IMG/VR virus record: IMGVR_UViG_3300025632_000015
Span: 1-61,529 of that record
DNA from: a virus
Taxonomy: Duplodnaviria; Caudoviricetes
Strand: one strand, 5' to 3'
DNA length: 61,529 nt
The notes beneath the pieces were generated by a model. It saw nothing but the letters and a program-made list of their open reading frames with translations. It was not told where the DNA came from and ran no database searches. Below are positions 39,470 to 49,997 of the stretch, one piece after another (the stretch's first letter is position 1; every line of letters starts with the position of its first letter). The translations under genes and the position numbers were made by a program.

Positions 39470-42400
39470 ATGGCGAATGAATTTAGAGTAAAAAACGGCA
39501 TAATTGTCTCGAGCATTGCAACCGAGTCTGGAAACTTTACGATTGATTCTGCAGCAGACATAGTATTAGATGCAGGAGGCACAGACATCATCTTTGCCAA
39601 TGCTGGAACTAATTTCGGTAAAATACATGACAGCAGTAGCTCACTCCGTATCAAAGTAATTGTAGCAGATGATGACTTCGTTGTCGCTGGAAATGATAGT
39701 GATGGGGAGTCAAACTTCGACGCATTTAAACTCGATATGTCAGCCGCAGGAGCAGCAACCTTTTCTGGAGGTATAGCCCAAGCAGGAACAATTTCCGCAG
39801 GAACATGGAATGGCGGAGTAATCGCTTCTGCTTACTTAGATGCAGACACAGCACAGCTTTCGGGTACACAAACCTTTACCGGTAATAAAACATTTACTGG
39901 TACAGTGACAGTCGGTGCTGATGACACAGGTAAAGATGTAAAGTTCTTCGGTGCTACGTCTGGTTCGTATATGCTATGGGACGAATCAACTGATGATTTG
40001 ATTCTAGGCGGCGCGGCTAAATTAGGAATAGGTACTGCAAGTCCTTCAAGTGAATTAGAAGTCGCAGGTAATACAACAGGCAATGTGCAAATTACCATAG
40101 ACAATGACAATACGGCAGGTTTGGGTACTTTTGCACTACAAGAAGATGGTTCAACTACTGGAATATTCCAATATAGAGGAAGCACTAATGGAACTTTACC
40201 TAATACAGTTCGTGTAGGCTCTAATGTTGCAGGTGGTAGTCTTGCTTTTACTTATGCAGGTGGTACTACTGGAATGTATATCAAAGGTAGTGATGGTAAT
40301 GTTGGAATAGGTATTACTGCCCCATTGTTCCCACTTCATCTTAAATACACAGATAACAGGACTGACCCACAAGGTAGTAATTCATCTTCCGGTGCAGGTG
40401 CTATTGGGGCTAATGCTCAAGGCGGTGGATTATATATTGAGAATGCCTCAACAACAGACGGCTCTTTTGCAGGTATCACATTCAGAACTGATACTGCTGA
40501 TGGTAGGATTGCCTATCAATCAACAGGTTCAAGTCTTATCAATGAAGGGCAGATGTCTTTCTATTGTGATGCTAACGATACGGGTGGTCAACAATTAGTA
40601 TTGGAAGAAGTTCTAAGATTAACAGGTGGGGGTTCGGGTGCGGCCCAAGCATACAATAGTGCGTACGTCAATGGTAGGCTTGGAATAGGCACTAGCACTC
40701 CTTCTTCTCTACTACATATTCACGGAGATATGGCTGATGGCAAGCAAGGCATACTGATAACAAGAGATGATACTAGCACTGCCGACACTAATCTTCTTGG
40801 GGCGATTGGTTTTGATTCAAGTGACGGTAATATCCCTAGTAAAGCAACAGAGGCATCTGCGGGTATAGCGGCTTATGCTGCTGAAGACCACGGAACAGGA
40901 GATAAAGGTGGAGACTTAGTATTCTTTACTTCACCTATTGACCAAAATGATGATACTGACGCTCTTGAGAGAATGCGTATTGATTCACAAGGTAATGTCG
41001 GAATAGGCACTACGAGTCCTGCCGCGCAACTCCATGTGGGTTCAACCGCATATGAATTGTCAAGCGGGGCTTACTTGACAGGTAGCCATCAACGAACCGC
41101 AAAGATGGTCATCCATGCCGATGATGCAAACACGGATTGGGATGAGCAAGAAATCGGTCTTGCCCTGCATAACGAAGATCCCACCAATAACAACTGGTCG
41201 CCTCATATTGCATTCACCACTCACGAGGATGATGATGGCAACCCTGCTAATGCAAATCCGGTAGCCGTAGCCGCCATCTCAGCCACATACAACACTAGAG
41301 TAGCAAACGGATGGGCTAAGGGAGACTTGGTTTTCTTCACTAACAATGCTGGCTCAGGTAATGCTGAAAGATTGAGGATTACAGGAGCAGGTAATGTTGG
41401 AATAGGTACTGCAACCCCTTCTACTGCATTACAAGTTAGTGGTACTGTAACTGCTACTGCATTTGCGGGTGCTTTAACTGGAAATGTAACAGGAAATGTT
41501 AGTGGTAGTGCGGCAACTGCGACTACGGCTACAAATGCTAATCAAGTAAATGCTACTAATGATAGAGATTTAGCCCCCGAAGATTTAGATTATGCTAACG
41601 ATTTCCAAGTGTTCTTTACTTCTAAGGAAGGATTAGAAGATGGCTCAACAAATGGTAGCAACTACATGGATGCTATTGTCCTGAACACATGGTCTGATGC
41701 ATCCGGGCATGATGCAAACGTGCTTGCTTTCGATAAAAGCACTATGGCAATCTATCATTATCAAGCAGACCAAGCCGCAACCAATTGGGGAACTGCAAAA
41801 CAAATAGCATATACAGATAGTGATAGTACAGGTACTGCGACCACTGTCACAGTATCCAACAGTACTGCAAATACAAACTTCCCAGTAGTATTCCATGATG
41901 AGTCTGATGGATTATTAGATGATACAGGAGCATTAAGATATAATCCCAGCACAGGAACTTTACTTGTTCCAAATTTAAGTGTTGCAGGGACCACGACTCA
42001 GGTGGATACGGTCACTATGCAGGCTCAGAACGCCGTAGTCTTTGAAGGTGCAACTCCTGATGCTCATGAAACTACCTTAACTATTACAGATCCAACTGCT
42101 GATAGAACAATTACTTTACCCAATGCTAGTGGAACAGTAGCAGTATCAGCAGGAACAGGAATAGATTTATCTGCGGCAGGTGCAGTTAGTGTAGATGTAT
42201 CTGACTTTATGACTAATGGTGCTAACAACAGAGTTGTTACCGCTACCGGCACAGATGCTATGAATGCAGAAGCGAATTTAACTTTCGATGGTTCTGCCCT
42301 ACAAGTCACAGGAACAATGACAGTAGGAGTAGACGATACAGGACATGACGTAAAGTTCTTCGGTGCAACTTCAGGTGTACATATGGAATGGGATCAATCA

Positions 42401-43459
42401 GCAGATAAATTAAATGTTACTGGTGCAACTTACGATACTTCCATTACTAATGGTGTTATTCAACTTGGGGCAATAGGAAACATAAGTGGTGCTTCTAGTT
42501 CTATTCTGTCAATTAATTCATTAGGTTCGGTTGACATTAATTTAGATACAAATGCTAATGATACAGGTAGTATCTTTAGAATAAAAGAAGATAGTGATGT
42601 TTTCTTTCATATGGACAATGATGGTAATGTCGGAATAGGATATACAACCCTTGCCGAGAAACTGCAAGTAGCAGGTAATATCCGAGTCAATAACAATGGT
42701 TCATTAAAGGCGAATGGTAGTGGCTATCTAATACTTGGAAATACTAGTGAAGGTGTTATTAAAGTTCATGGAGATTCAGGTTCATCTATTATAGAAGGTC
42801 ATGGTAACTCCTTAGTTTTACAAACAGTACGTGATAATGACGATATTATATTCAAAGTAAACGATGGTGGCACTGATTCAGATGCTACTGTTGTTGAAGC
42901 CATGAGAATAGTAGGTTCGGATGGTAATGTAGGAATAGGTACTACAAGTCCTGGTTTCCCGTTAGACGTTAATGGTTGGATTGCAACTGCAAATGGAATT
43001 GTCCACACAGGAGATACTAACAACACTATTCAATTTGATACTGATATTCAGAAATTCAACACCGCAGGAACCACAAGACTGACAATTGCGGCTAATGGTA
43101 CAGTTACAGTAGCAGGTGCATTCTTAGCCGCTACTAAATCATTCCTTATTCCTCACCCAACTAAGGAAGGAAAAACCTTGGAACATGGTTCTCTTGAAGG
43201 GCCAGAACATGGTGTATATATTAGAGGAACATTAGAAGGTAATAGTGTAATTGAACTACCCGATTATTGGTTAGGATTAGTAGATGAAGATACTATAACA
43301 GTACAACTTACTGGTAAAGGTAGATTCCAAAGATTATATGTTGATAAGATAGAAGATAATAAAGTGTATGTTGAAAATGAAAAGATGCATGATATTAACT
43401 GTTATTATTTCATACAAGCAGAAAGAAAAGATGTGGACAAACTGGTGGTGGAATACTAA
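39470..43459 (+). CDS. Long fibre/adhesin with GNVGIG repeats and C-terminal chaperone-like domain
   Basis: Starts MANEFRVKNG. Multiple GNVGIG(T) repeats and VGxDDTGxDVKFFGATSG (x2). Ends with a TKSFLIPHP...LEGPEHGVYIRG domain. Confidence 0.8.
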   Translation: MANEFRVKNGIIVSSIATESGNFTIDSAADIVLDAGGTDIIFANAGTNFGKIHDSSSSLRIKVIVADDDFVVAGNDSDGESNFDAFKLDMSAAGAATFSGGIAQAGTISAGTWNGGVIASAYLDADTAQLSGTQTFTGNKTFTGTVTVGADDTGKDVKFFGATSGSYMLWDESTDDLILGGAAKLGIGTASPSSELEVAGNTTGNVQITIDNDNTAGLGTFALQEDGSTTGIFQYRGSTNGTLPNTVRVGSNVAGGSLAFTYAGGTTGMYIKGSDGNVGIGITAPLFPLHLKYTDNRTDPQGSNSSSGAGAIGANAQGGGLYIENASTTDGSFAGITFRTDTADGRIAYQSTGSSLINEGQMSFYCDANDTGGQQLVLEEVLRLTGGGSGAAQAYNSAYVNGRLGIGTSTPSSLLHIHGDMADGKQGILITRDDTSTADTNLLGAIGFDSSDGNIPSKATEASAGIAAYAAEDHGTGDKGGDLVFFTSPIDQNDDTDALERMRIDSQGNVGIGTTSPAAQLHVGSTAYELSSGAYLTGSHQRTAKMVIHADDANTDWDEQEIGLALHNEDPTNNNWSPHIAFTTHEDDDGNPANANPVAVAAISATYNTRVANGWAKGDLVFFTNNAGSGNAERLRITGAGNVGIGTATPSTALQVSGTVTATAFAGALTGNVTGNVSGSAATATTATNANQVNATNDRDLAPEDLDYANDFQVFFTSKEGLEDGSTNGSNYMDAIVLNTWSDASGHDANVLAFDKSTMAIYHYQADQAATNWGTAKQIAYTDSDSTGTATTVTVSNSTANTNFPVVFHDESDGLLDDTGALRYNPSTGTLLVPNLSVAGTTTQVDTVTMQAQNAVVFEGATPDAHETTLTITDPTADRTITLPNASGTVAVSAGTGIDLSAAGAVSVDVSDFMTNGANNRVVTATGTDAMNAEANLTFDGSALQVTGTMTVGVDDTGHDVKFFGATSGVHMEWDQSADKLNVTGATYDTSITNGVIQLGAIGNISGASSSILSINSLGSVDINLDTNANDTGSIFRIKEDSDVFFHMDNDGNVGIGYTTLAEKLQVAGNIRVNNNGSLKANGSGYLILGNTSEGVIKVHGDSGSSIIEGHGNSLVLQTVRDNDDIIFKVNDGGTDSDATVVEAMRIVGSDGNVGIGTTSPGFPLDVNGWIATANGIVHTGDTNNTIQFDTDIQKFNTAGTTRLTIAANGTVTVAGAFLAATKSFLIPHPTKEGKTLEHGSLEGPEHGVYIRGTLEGNSVIELPDYWLGLVDEDTITVQLTGKGRFQRLYVDKIEDNKVYVENEKMHDINCYYFIQAERKDVDKLVVEY

Positions 43460-44214
43460 TGCACTATGGGCCAAAAGTAGTAACAGATTCTCTTATCTTT
43501 AGCTTTGATGCGGGTAATGCAAAGTGTACTGATGCTGATGATGAAGTAACAAGTATGAGAGATAGTGCTATTGTTTCTCATTCTTCTAGGGAAGATAGAG
43601 CAATTACAGGTGCAGGAACAACTGCATCTTTTTCCTTTCCTACAGATACAGGAGCAGTTAAAACAATTGATTTAGGAATAACAGGAAGAAATAGCAGTAC
43701 AGATGCTACTAATTTTGATAATAGATTGGGCTTAGATGATGATATTCTATTTGCTGATGAAGATGCTTGGTCTTGTGAGTTTTGGGCTAAGCCAAGGGCT
43801 GATGCAGTTCACACATTTCTTAGTTTGGCAGGTAGAGGAGCGACAAGTCCGTGGTTCATTTGGCAACATGGTTCTTCAACGTTCTATCCTAGATTCAGAG
43901 ATAATGATGGAGACTATCTAAGAGATAGTTCTAACACTAATTGTTCCGACCCTGATGATTGGCATCAACTTGTATTTACTGCTGATACTAGTAGAAACAT
44001 ATCCTTCTACAAAGATGGGGCTTTATTAGGTGGTTCTGTACAAAGTACCGATACGGCATTAAGAATAAACAGACTCATGGCAGGATATAGTTCTAGTACT
44101 TCTAGATATGGATTTCAAGGTAGTATGCTTTGTGCTAGAGTATATTCTAAAACACTATCTGCCGCAGAAATTTTACAAAATTTTAATGCAACAAGAGGGA
44201 GAGTTGGAATATGA
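43459..44214 (+). CDS. LamG/concanavalin A-like domain protein
   Basis: GPKVVTDSLIFSFDAGN ... WHQLVFT ... RVYSKTLSAAEILQNFNA. Confidence 0.75.
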   Translation: MHYGPKVVTDSLIFSFDAGNAKCTDADDEVTSMRDSAIVSHSSREDRAITGAGTTASFSFPTDTGAVKTIDLGITGRNSSTDATNFDNRLGLDDDILFADEDAWSCEFWAKPRADAVHTFLSLAGRGATSPWFIWQHGSSTFYPRFRDNDGDYLRDSSNTNCSDPDDWHQLVFTADTSRNISFYKDGALLGGSVQSTDTALRINRLMAGYSSSTSRYGFQGSMLCARVYSKTLSAAEILQNFNATRGRVGI

Positions 44215-44342
44215 AGTATGAGATAAATGGTAAAGAATATTCTATAAGGCAATTAAATAATATACTTTCAGGTATTGGTAAACATGTTACAGTTGAATTA
44301 CAAACTGCCGCTTTAGATATAATGGAATCATTGGAGGAATAA
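44211..44342 (+). CDS. Small hypothetical protein (43 aa, not in ORF track)
   Basis: ATGA overlap with the previous stop; fills the gap up to the next SD. Confidence 0.45.
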   Translation: MKYEINGKEYSIRQLNNILSGIGKHVTVELQTAALDIMESLEE

Positions 44343-44344
44343 AT

Positions 44345-45061
44345 ATGGGATTCCACAATGGTGCTAGAGTCGTTGACGATGGTTTGGTTTTCGCTTTGGA
44401 TGCGGGTAATTCCAAGTGCTTCACAAGCGGAGACACTACCGCTACTTGTTTGGTGAGTGGAAGCTCTGTTACAGGTGCTAGTGGCTCTCCCGGTAGTGGA
44501 GCGCACACACCCAACACAGCGAACTTCCCTGCTTACTCTAGCGACAAAGGTGGAGTCTTCAATTTTGCAAATGGCAGAGGAATGAACATAGAGGATGACT
44601 TAGGGGCGCATTCAGCCGTTTCGTGGTGTCTGTGGTTCAACAAGAACAACGGAAGCACCCACTACTTCTTCGATTGTAGGGCTGATGGTGGAGATTGGCA
44701 GTTGTCCAACTATCAAAATAGAAGCATCAATTGGGGAAGTGAAATAGAATACAATCCCGGTGGAACCGCAGGTGATTCTGATTATGTGGCACAACCAACA
44801 ATGTTTGGAGATGTGTGGAACTACCTAGTGGTAACTTCTGATTCAAATGGTGGTAAAATGTATCTTAATGGCGCGGAAGTCTCATTGACTCAATCTTCTT
44901 CTACAAGTGAAACATTTGGCAGGAACATGAGAATAGGAACAAGATACACGACTACAGGCCAATGGACAGGTTACATGGGTTGCATCCAACTATACAAGAA
45001 GGTTCTATCTGCGGCAGAAGTGTTACAGAACTATAATGCACAAAAGGGGAGGTTCGTCTGA
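44345..45061 (+). CDS. LamG/concanavalin A-like domain protein
   Basis: VVDDGLVFALDAGN ... WNYLVVT ... LYKKVLSAAEVLQNYNA. Confidence 0.75.
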   Translation: MGFHNGARVVDDGLVFALDAGNSKCFTSGDTTATCLVSGSSVTGASGSPGSGAHTPNTANFPAYSSDKGGVFNFANGRGMNIEDDLGAHSAVSWCLWFNKNNGSTHYFFDCRADGGDWQLSNYQNRSINWGSEIEYNPGGTAGDSDYVAQPTMFGDVWNYLVVTSDSNGGKMYLNGAEVSLTQSSSTSETFGRNMRIGTRYTTTGQWTGYMGCIQLYKKVLSAAEVLQNYNAQKGRFV

Positions 45062-45774
45062 TGGGTGTAGCAGGTGGTCCCACAATCTCACAAAGTGGGT
45101 TGCAATTAACTTTAGATGCCTCTAATTCAAAGTCATATGGTGGTAGTGGAACAACTTGGTCAGATGTGAGTGGTAATGGCAGGGACTTCACCTTCACCGC
45201 CACACCGACTTACAACTCCAGCAACGCCGCTTCTTCTTTCGACACCATCAGGGCCAATGGGCCTAACGCAGATACATTTGGAATAACGTCTTCTTCCGGT
45301 TATACCATAATATTAGTCGCATTGCAGGACGCCCTCAACAACGAGTCGGCATTCAAGTTCCCTATGGGCGATGGTGCTGGAACTGATGCTAGGGGAATAT
45401 TCGCTCACTGCTCTTGGGGTAATGGTGTAGTCTATTTTGACACGAATGGTTCGACTTCTACGGGTTCTGGCGGGGGTAGGGTGAATACCAGTGGAGATGG
45501 CAACTTCGGCACCGATGATATAACCCACTATGCCTTCACTAAATCAAGTAACGGAGCCACGCAGACCATCTACAAGGATGGGGCAAGTGTCTCTCAAGGT
45601 ACTAACCGTGGTAGTGCGGCAACATTGAGCGCACACCCAGTAACCTTCGGCGGCGATGAGCAATACCTAGATGGATGGGATGCCAAAATGCACTACATAC
45701 TGGTTTACAATCGAGAACTGACCGCAGCAGAGGTTAAACAAATATATGAAAGTATGCGAGGGAGGCTTGACTAA
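45061..45774 (+). CDS. LamG/concanavalin A-like domain protein
   Basis: GLQLTLDASNSKSYGGSGTTWSDVSGNG ... VYNRELTAAEV. Confidence 0.75.
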   Translation: MGVAGGPTISQSGLQLTLDASNSKSYGGSGTTWSDVSGNGRDFTFTATPTYNSSNAASSFDTIRANGPNADTFGITSSSGYTIILVALQDALNNESAFKFPMGDGAGTDARGIFAHCSWGNGVVYFDTNGSTSTGSGGGRVNTSGDGNFGTDDITHYAFTKSSNGATQTIYKDGASVSQGTNRGSAATLSAHPVTFGGDEQYLDGWDAKMHYILVYNRELTAAEVKQIYESMRGRLD

Positions 45775-45775
45775 G

Positions 45776-47725
45776 ATGGCAGACAGCGACAAAGATATCC
45801 TGATCACCCCCAACATAAGCCAGACGGCTCAACCGGAGATCAAGTTCGTCGGAAAGGACAACTCTCCTCTCTACATCAAGGTCCTAGACGACAACAGCCT
45901 GTCCTTCGAGGGCGTTGAGGGACAGATCTTCTCGATCAGCCCGACCATGTCCAGTGGCGATATATTCAGCGTCAGCGACATATCAGGTGTGCAGAGCATG
46001 TCCATAAACGCAGATGGAACTATCTCAATGAATGCCCAAACCAAATCTGTTACTATTGCAAACAACGCAGGTTCTCCGGGTCACTTGACTCTCGCTACAA
46101 ATGAATTGACGGTCGTAGATGGGGATAAGTTGGGTAGGATTGACTTCAAAGCACCCATTGAAGCAAGTGGTACAGACGCGATACTGACAGGAGCATCAAT
46201 TTGGGCCGAAGCAGACGACACGTTTGCAGCCGACAACAACAAAACCGAATTAGTATTCGCAACAGCCGCATCAGAAGCAGCCGCAGAAAAGATGCGATTA
46301 GACTCAACTGGTAATCTGGGTGTAGGTACATCGACCCCATCATTCACATCAGGTATTGGAGTAGAGGTGTCACATGCTACACAAGCCAACTTCCGAGCCA
46401 CTGATAGTAACGGGGCTTCTACTGATTTCGCTACTTCAGGTAATGACACATACATCCTGAACAGACACGCCAGCGGTAAGATATACATCAAGCCGGGTAA
46501 TGGCGACCATAGTATCGAACTAGCCTCTAATGGTCAAGTCAAGTTCAACAACGCATACACATTCCCCACATCGGACGGAAGCAATGGTCAAGTATTACAG
46601 ACAAATGGTAGCGGTGCACTCTCCTTTGCCTCTGCAAGTGGTGGTGCTTCTGATATTGGCGCACTAGATGATGTATTGATGGATGCTAGTGACTTTACTG
46701 ATGGTTTTCTTCTGCAAACTGATAGTGACGGTTCTGCTCCAACAACGGGAACATTAAATGACGCAACAGGTAATATTGGGCTTGGTAAAGACGTGCTTTC
46801 TACATTAACAGCTGGTGACAATAACGTTGCAATAGGATATGAGGCTGGTGCGAGTATCACTGTAGCGTCCAATACGGTCGCAATTGGATATCGAGCTGCT
46901 AGATATCCCACTGGTAATCACAACATAGGGATTGGACTCAATGCTATAAGAGGTGCTGATAGCGGTACGGTAGACGGTCACCAAAACGTAGGAATAGGTG
47001 CAAATTCACTCTATTCTCTCACTGAGGGCCACGACAACGTAGGTATAGGAATAGCTACAGGGACAGCAATCACGACCGGAGATAAAAACGTATTGATTGG
47101 AGTTCAAGCAGGAGATTCAATTGTCGGAGGAGATGAGAACATATGCATAGGTTCGCTTGCTGGGCAGAACATCACCTCCGGTAGTGACAACGTCATAATC
47201 GGTAGCGTGGATGCTCCTAATGCAACTGGGGACCAGCAACTAGTAATAGCTTCCGGTAATGCTGGTGGAGCTACTTGGATTCGAGGCAATAGTGACGGAG
47301 TTGTATTAGGTGCTTTAACACCGCTATTCTTTGAAAAGTCTGGTTTGGATACAAACACAGTTGGTCTTAAAGTACCGATCGCGTTTAATGGCGATGCTAA
47401 CCCTGGTGGTTATTGTATGCCGTATGCTGGTGTAGTCCAGGCAGTAACTTTCATATTTGCTGGTGGTTCTATTGATACGTCGGATAGTAATGCTAATACT
47501 TTTATGCTAAGAAAAAATTCAGCTGATACCACGACGACATTCTCATTTGGTGCTAATGACTTAACTCAAATAGTCACCAACTCACAATACAGAATAGTGG
47601 TAACAGGAAGCGATGTAGGCTTGGAGTTCGACGCGGGTCATACGGTACATCTCAAAAGAACTGTTAGTGGCATAAATTTGCACAATGCAAATGCAATAGT
47701 GTGGGTGAAGTTTAACAGCTTCTGA
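45776..47725 (+). CDS. Fibre/adhesin protein with beta-roll (N.xIG) repeats
   Basis: Starts MADSDKDILITPN after GGAGG. Contains roughly 14-aa NVAIG/NIGIG/NVGIG repeats. Confidence 0.75.
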   Translation: MADSDKDILITPNISQTAQPEIKFVGKDNSPLYIKVLDDNSLSFEGVEGQIFSISPTMSSGDIFSVSDISGVQSMSINADGTISMNAQTKSVTIANNAGSPGHLTLATNELTVVDGDKLGRIDFKAPIEASGTDAILTGASIWAEADDTFAADNNKTELVFATAASEAAAEKMRLDSTGNLGVGTSTPSFTSGIGVEVSHATQANFRATDSNGASTDFATSGNDTYILNRHASGKIYIKPGNGDHSIELASNGQVKFNNAYTFPTSDGSNGQVLQTNGSGALSFASASGGASDIGALDDVLMDASDFTDGFLLQTDSDGSAPTTGTLNDATGNIGLGKDVLSTLTAGDNNVAIGYEAGASITVASNTVAIGYRAARYPTGNHNIGIGLNAIRGADSGTVDGHQNVGIGANSLYSLTEGHDNVGIGIATGTAITTGDKNVLIGVQAGDSIVGGDENICIGSLAGQNITSGSDNVIIGSVDAPNATGDQQLVIASGNAGGATWIRGNSDGVVLGALTPLFFEKSGLDTNTVGLKVPIAFNGDANPGGYCMPYAGVVQAVTFIFAGGSIDTSDSNANTFMLRKNSADTTTTFSFGANDLTQIVTNSQYRIVVTGSDVGLEFDAGHTVHLKRTVSGINLHNANAIVWVKFNSF

Positions 47726-47734
47726 GGTGATTAA

Positions 47735-47956
47735 ATGGAAGATTGGACAGACTGGGATGAATTAAGAGGAATAAGAGCAGGGCTACTAAAAAGAGTGGAT
47801 ATTTACCAACTGGTTATTCCATATAGTAAATTAACAGATGCACAAAAAACAGAACTAGAACAATACAGAACAGATTTATTAACACTACCCCAAGACTATG
47901 CAACACCGAAATTAGCATACGCTAACATACCGACAAAACCAAAATGGATGAATTAA
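47735..47956 (+). CDS. Fibre assembly chaperone-like protein
   Basis: W.ELR..R..LL...D...QK.EL..YR..L..LPQ...P.KP pattern; GAGGTGA SD. Confidence 0.7.
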   Translation: MEDWTDWDELRGIRAGLLKRVDIYQLVIPYSKLTDAQKTELEQYRTDLLTLPQDYATPKLAYANIPTKPKWMN

Positions 47957-48050
47957 AGCACACAGTATAACTTAATCAAACAATGCTATCAAGAATTGAA
48001 AACATTGGAAGGTTGGACTGACACTATAGATTGCTGATAACCTAGTAATC

Positions 48051-48057
48051 TTTATAT
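48051..48057 (+). promoter_or_regulatory. Archaeal TATA box for the chaperonin operon
   Basis: TTTATAT begins 31 nt upstream of ATG 48082, consistent with a leaderless transcript. Confidence 0.55.
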
Positions 48058-48081
48058 CAAAAAGTAAGCCAAGTTTGTTTT

Positions 48082-48441
48082 ATGCCTGAAGAAGCAGCAC
48101 AAGCAGACGCACAACCAGAACAGCCCACGATAAATATACTGGACCCAGTATATCAAGAGGTTATAGACTTACAATTGACAAGAGGTCAAGCACTCTTTGT
48201 TTACAATTTCTTAGAAACAAATATCCAACCACGAGGAATGGCAATGGTTGAGTTTTCTTTTGACATGATGAAGAGATTCCAGTCTGCATTAGTAGTAGAA
48301 CCAGTTAGTGAACCACAAGTAACGGTTGAAACATCGGAAGCAATAGAAGAAACATCGGAAGCATTTGTTACAAAGAAGACAACAGATGGTGCAAAAGTGT
48401 TTGAAAATAACGTAGGAATTAGAGAACTGATGGAGGAATAA
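48082..48441 (+). CDS. Acidic hypothetical protein
   Basis: 119 aa, directly upstream of the chaperonin, with an ETSEA duplication. Confidence 0.65.
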   Translation: MPEEAAQADAQPEQPTINILDPVYQEVIDLQLTRGQALFVYNFLETNIQPRGMAMVEFSFDMMKRFQSALVVEPVSEPQVTVETSEAIEETSEAFVTKKTTDGAKVFENNVGIRELMEE

Positions 48442-48443
48442 GT

Positions 48444-49997
48444 ATGGCAACAGTAGTTGACGCAAAACAAAATGCATCGGTAGTAACAGCACACGATGTC
48501 AACATACAAGTAGCAATACAATTAGCTGACCTAGTAAAATCAACACTAGGACCATATGGAATGGACAAAGAGATGGTGGACCCTGCTGGCGTAGTTGTTA
48601 TGACCAATGATGGTGCAACAATTCTTAGAGAAACAAAGTTACATCACCCTACTGCTAGAATCATTACAGAAGTAGCACGTACACAAGAAGAAAACTGCTT
48701 TGATGGTACAACAAGTTCTGTAGTAATAACTGGAGAATTAATGTCCAAAGCAAAAGAACTGCTTAACTTAAAAATTCACCCTACACGTATTGCTAAGGGC
48801 TATACTTTAGCAAACAAAAAGGCACAGGTTCTCTTGGAAGAGATTGGTGTAGATATTACTGACGATTTACTCCTTAGTGTCGGCAAGACAGCAATGACTG
48901 GTAAAAGTGCAGAAACAGAGCAAGACCAATTAGCACAAATTGCTTTAGACGTAATTAAAGCAACTCCTCTTGAGAACATCAATATTGTAAAGAGACCCAA
49001 TGGCAAAGTCAAAGAGTCTCTTGCTATATCCGGTTTGCTTATTGACAGAGAAAAGATGGACCACAATATGCCAGACTCTATCAAAGATGCAAAGATTGCT
49101 TTGATTAGTGTTGACGTAACTCTACCAGAGTTTGCACAACAGCTACAGATTCAAGTAACTGACAACAATGCTGTAAAAGAGTTTATTGAAAGTAGAAAGG
49201 CACAATTGCAAGAAATCGCAGAGACCATCTTAGCAACTGGAGCCAATGTTATTCTTTGCAAAAGAGACATTGACCCATTTGTTGTAGAAATATTTGCAGA
49301 GAAAGGAGTTTACGCAGCAAGAAGAGTTGCTATGAGTGACATGGAAGCTGTAGCAAAAGCAGGCAAAGGAAGAATGGTATCTGCAATAGACGGGCTTAAA
49401 AAATCAGACCTTGCTAGTGTGGGATTATTAGAAGAAATTGCTGTTGGTGAGAAGCCACTGATTAAACTTACTGACATAGCAACTGCTGGATCAGTATCAG
49501 TATTACTAAGAGCACCGACACAACATTCGGTTGATGAAATAGGTCGAGCATTCGATGATGCAATTGGTGTCATCAGTGTTGCAATGGACCATGGAAAGGT
49601 TCTTGCAGGTGGTGGTGCACCTTACTTACACCTATCTAAAAACCTACGAGAATACGCTGCTACTGTTAGCGGGCGAGAGCAAATGGCTGTTGAGGCATAT
49701 GCACAAGCACTGGAAGTAATTCCTGCGGCTTTGGCAGAAAACAGTGGGCTAGATCCACTAGATACCCTTATCCGCCTTCGCCAGCTCCATGCATCTGCAG
49801 CAGGCCACTCCCACGGAGTGGACGTGGAGAACGGAGGAGGAGTAAATATGCTAGAACAAGGCGTCATCGAACCACTCAGCGTAGTATCACAAGCACTAGA
49901 TAGTGCTACTGATATCGCATCTCAGTTGCTTCGCATCGATAATATTATCGAAATGCAAAAAGGACCGGAGATCGGAGAAGATGGATACAAATACTAA
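48444..49997 (+). CDS. ths: Group II chaperonin (thermosome subunit)
   Basis: STLGPYGMDK, TNDGATIL, DGTTS, TAMTGK, AGGGA and LLRIDNII motifs; 517 aa. Confidence 0.95.
   Translation: MATVVDAKQNASVVTAHDVNIQVAIQLADLVKSTLGPYGMDKEMVDPAGVVVMTNDGATILRETKLHHPTARIITEVARTQEENCFDGTTSSVVITGELMSKAKELLNLKIHPTRIAKGYTLANKKAQVLLEEIGVDITDDLLLSVGKTAMTGKSAETEQDQLAQIALDVIKATPLENINIVKRPNGKVKESLAISGLLIDREKMDHNMPDSIKDAKIALISVDVTLPEFAQQLQIQVTDNNAVKEFIESRKAQLQEIAETILATGANVILCKRDIDPFVVEIFAEKGVYAARRVAMSDMEAVAKAGKGRMVSAIDGLKKSDLASVGLLEEIAVGEKPLIKLTDIATAGSVSVLLRAPTQHSVDEIGRAFDDAIGVISVAMDHGKVLAGGGAPYLHLSKNLREYAATVSGREQMAVEAYAQALEVIPAALAENSGLDPLDTLIRLRQLHASAAGHSHGVDVENGGGVNMLEQGVIEPLSVVSQALDSATDIASQLLRIDNIIEMQKGPEIGEDGYKY

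Noticed and set aside
43459-47725. Diversity-generating retroelement acting on the adhesins
   Set aside because: No reverse transcriptase and no template/variable repeat pair is visible.
36009-47956. Fibre genes and chaperone as evidence for a tailed phage
   Set aside because: No terminase, portal, tail tube, sheath or baseplate gene is recognisable. Fibre modules are exchanged between virus types.
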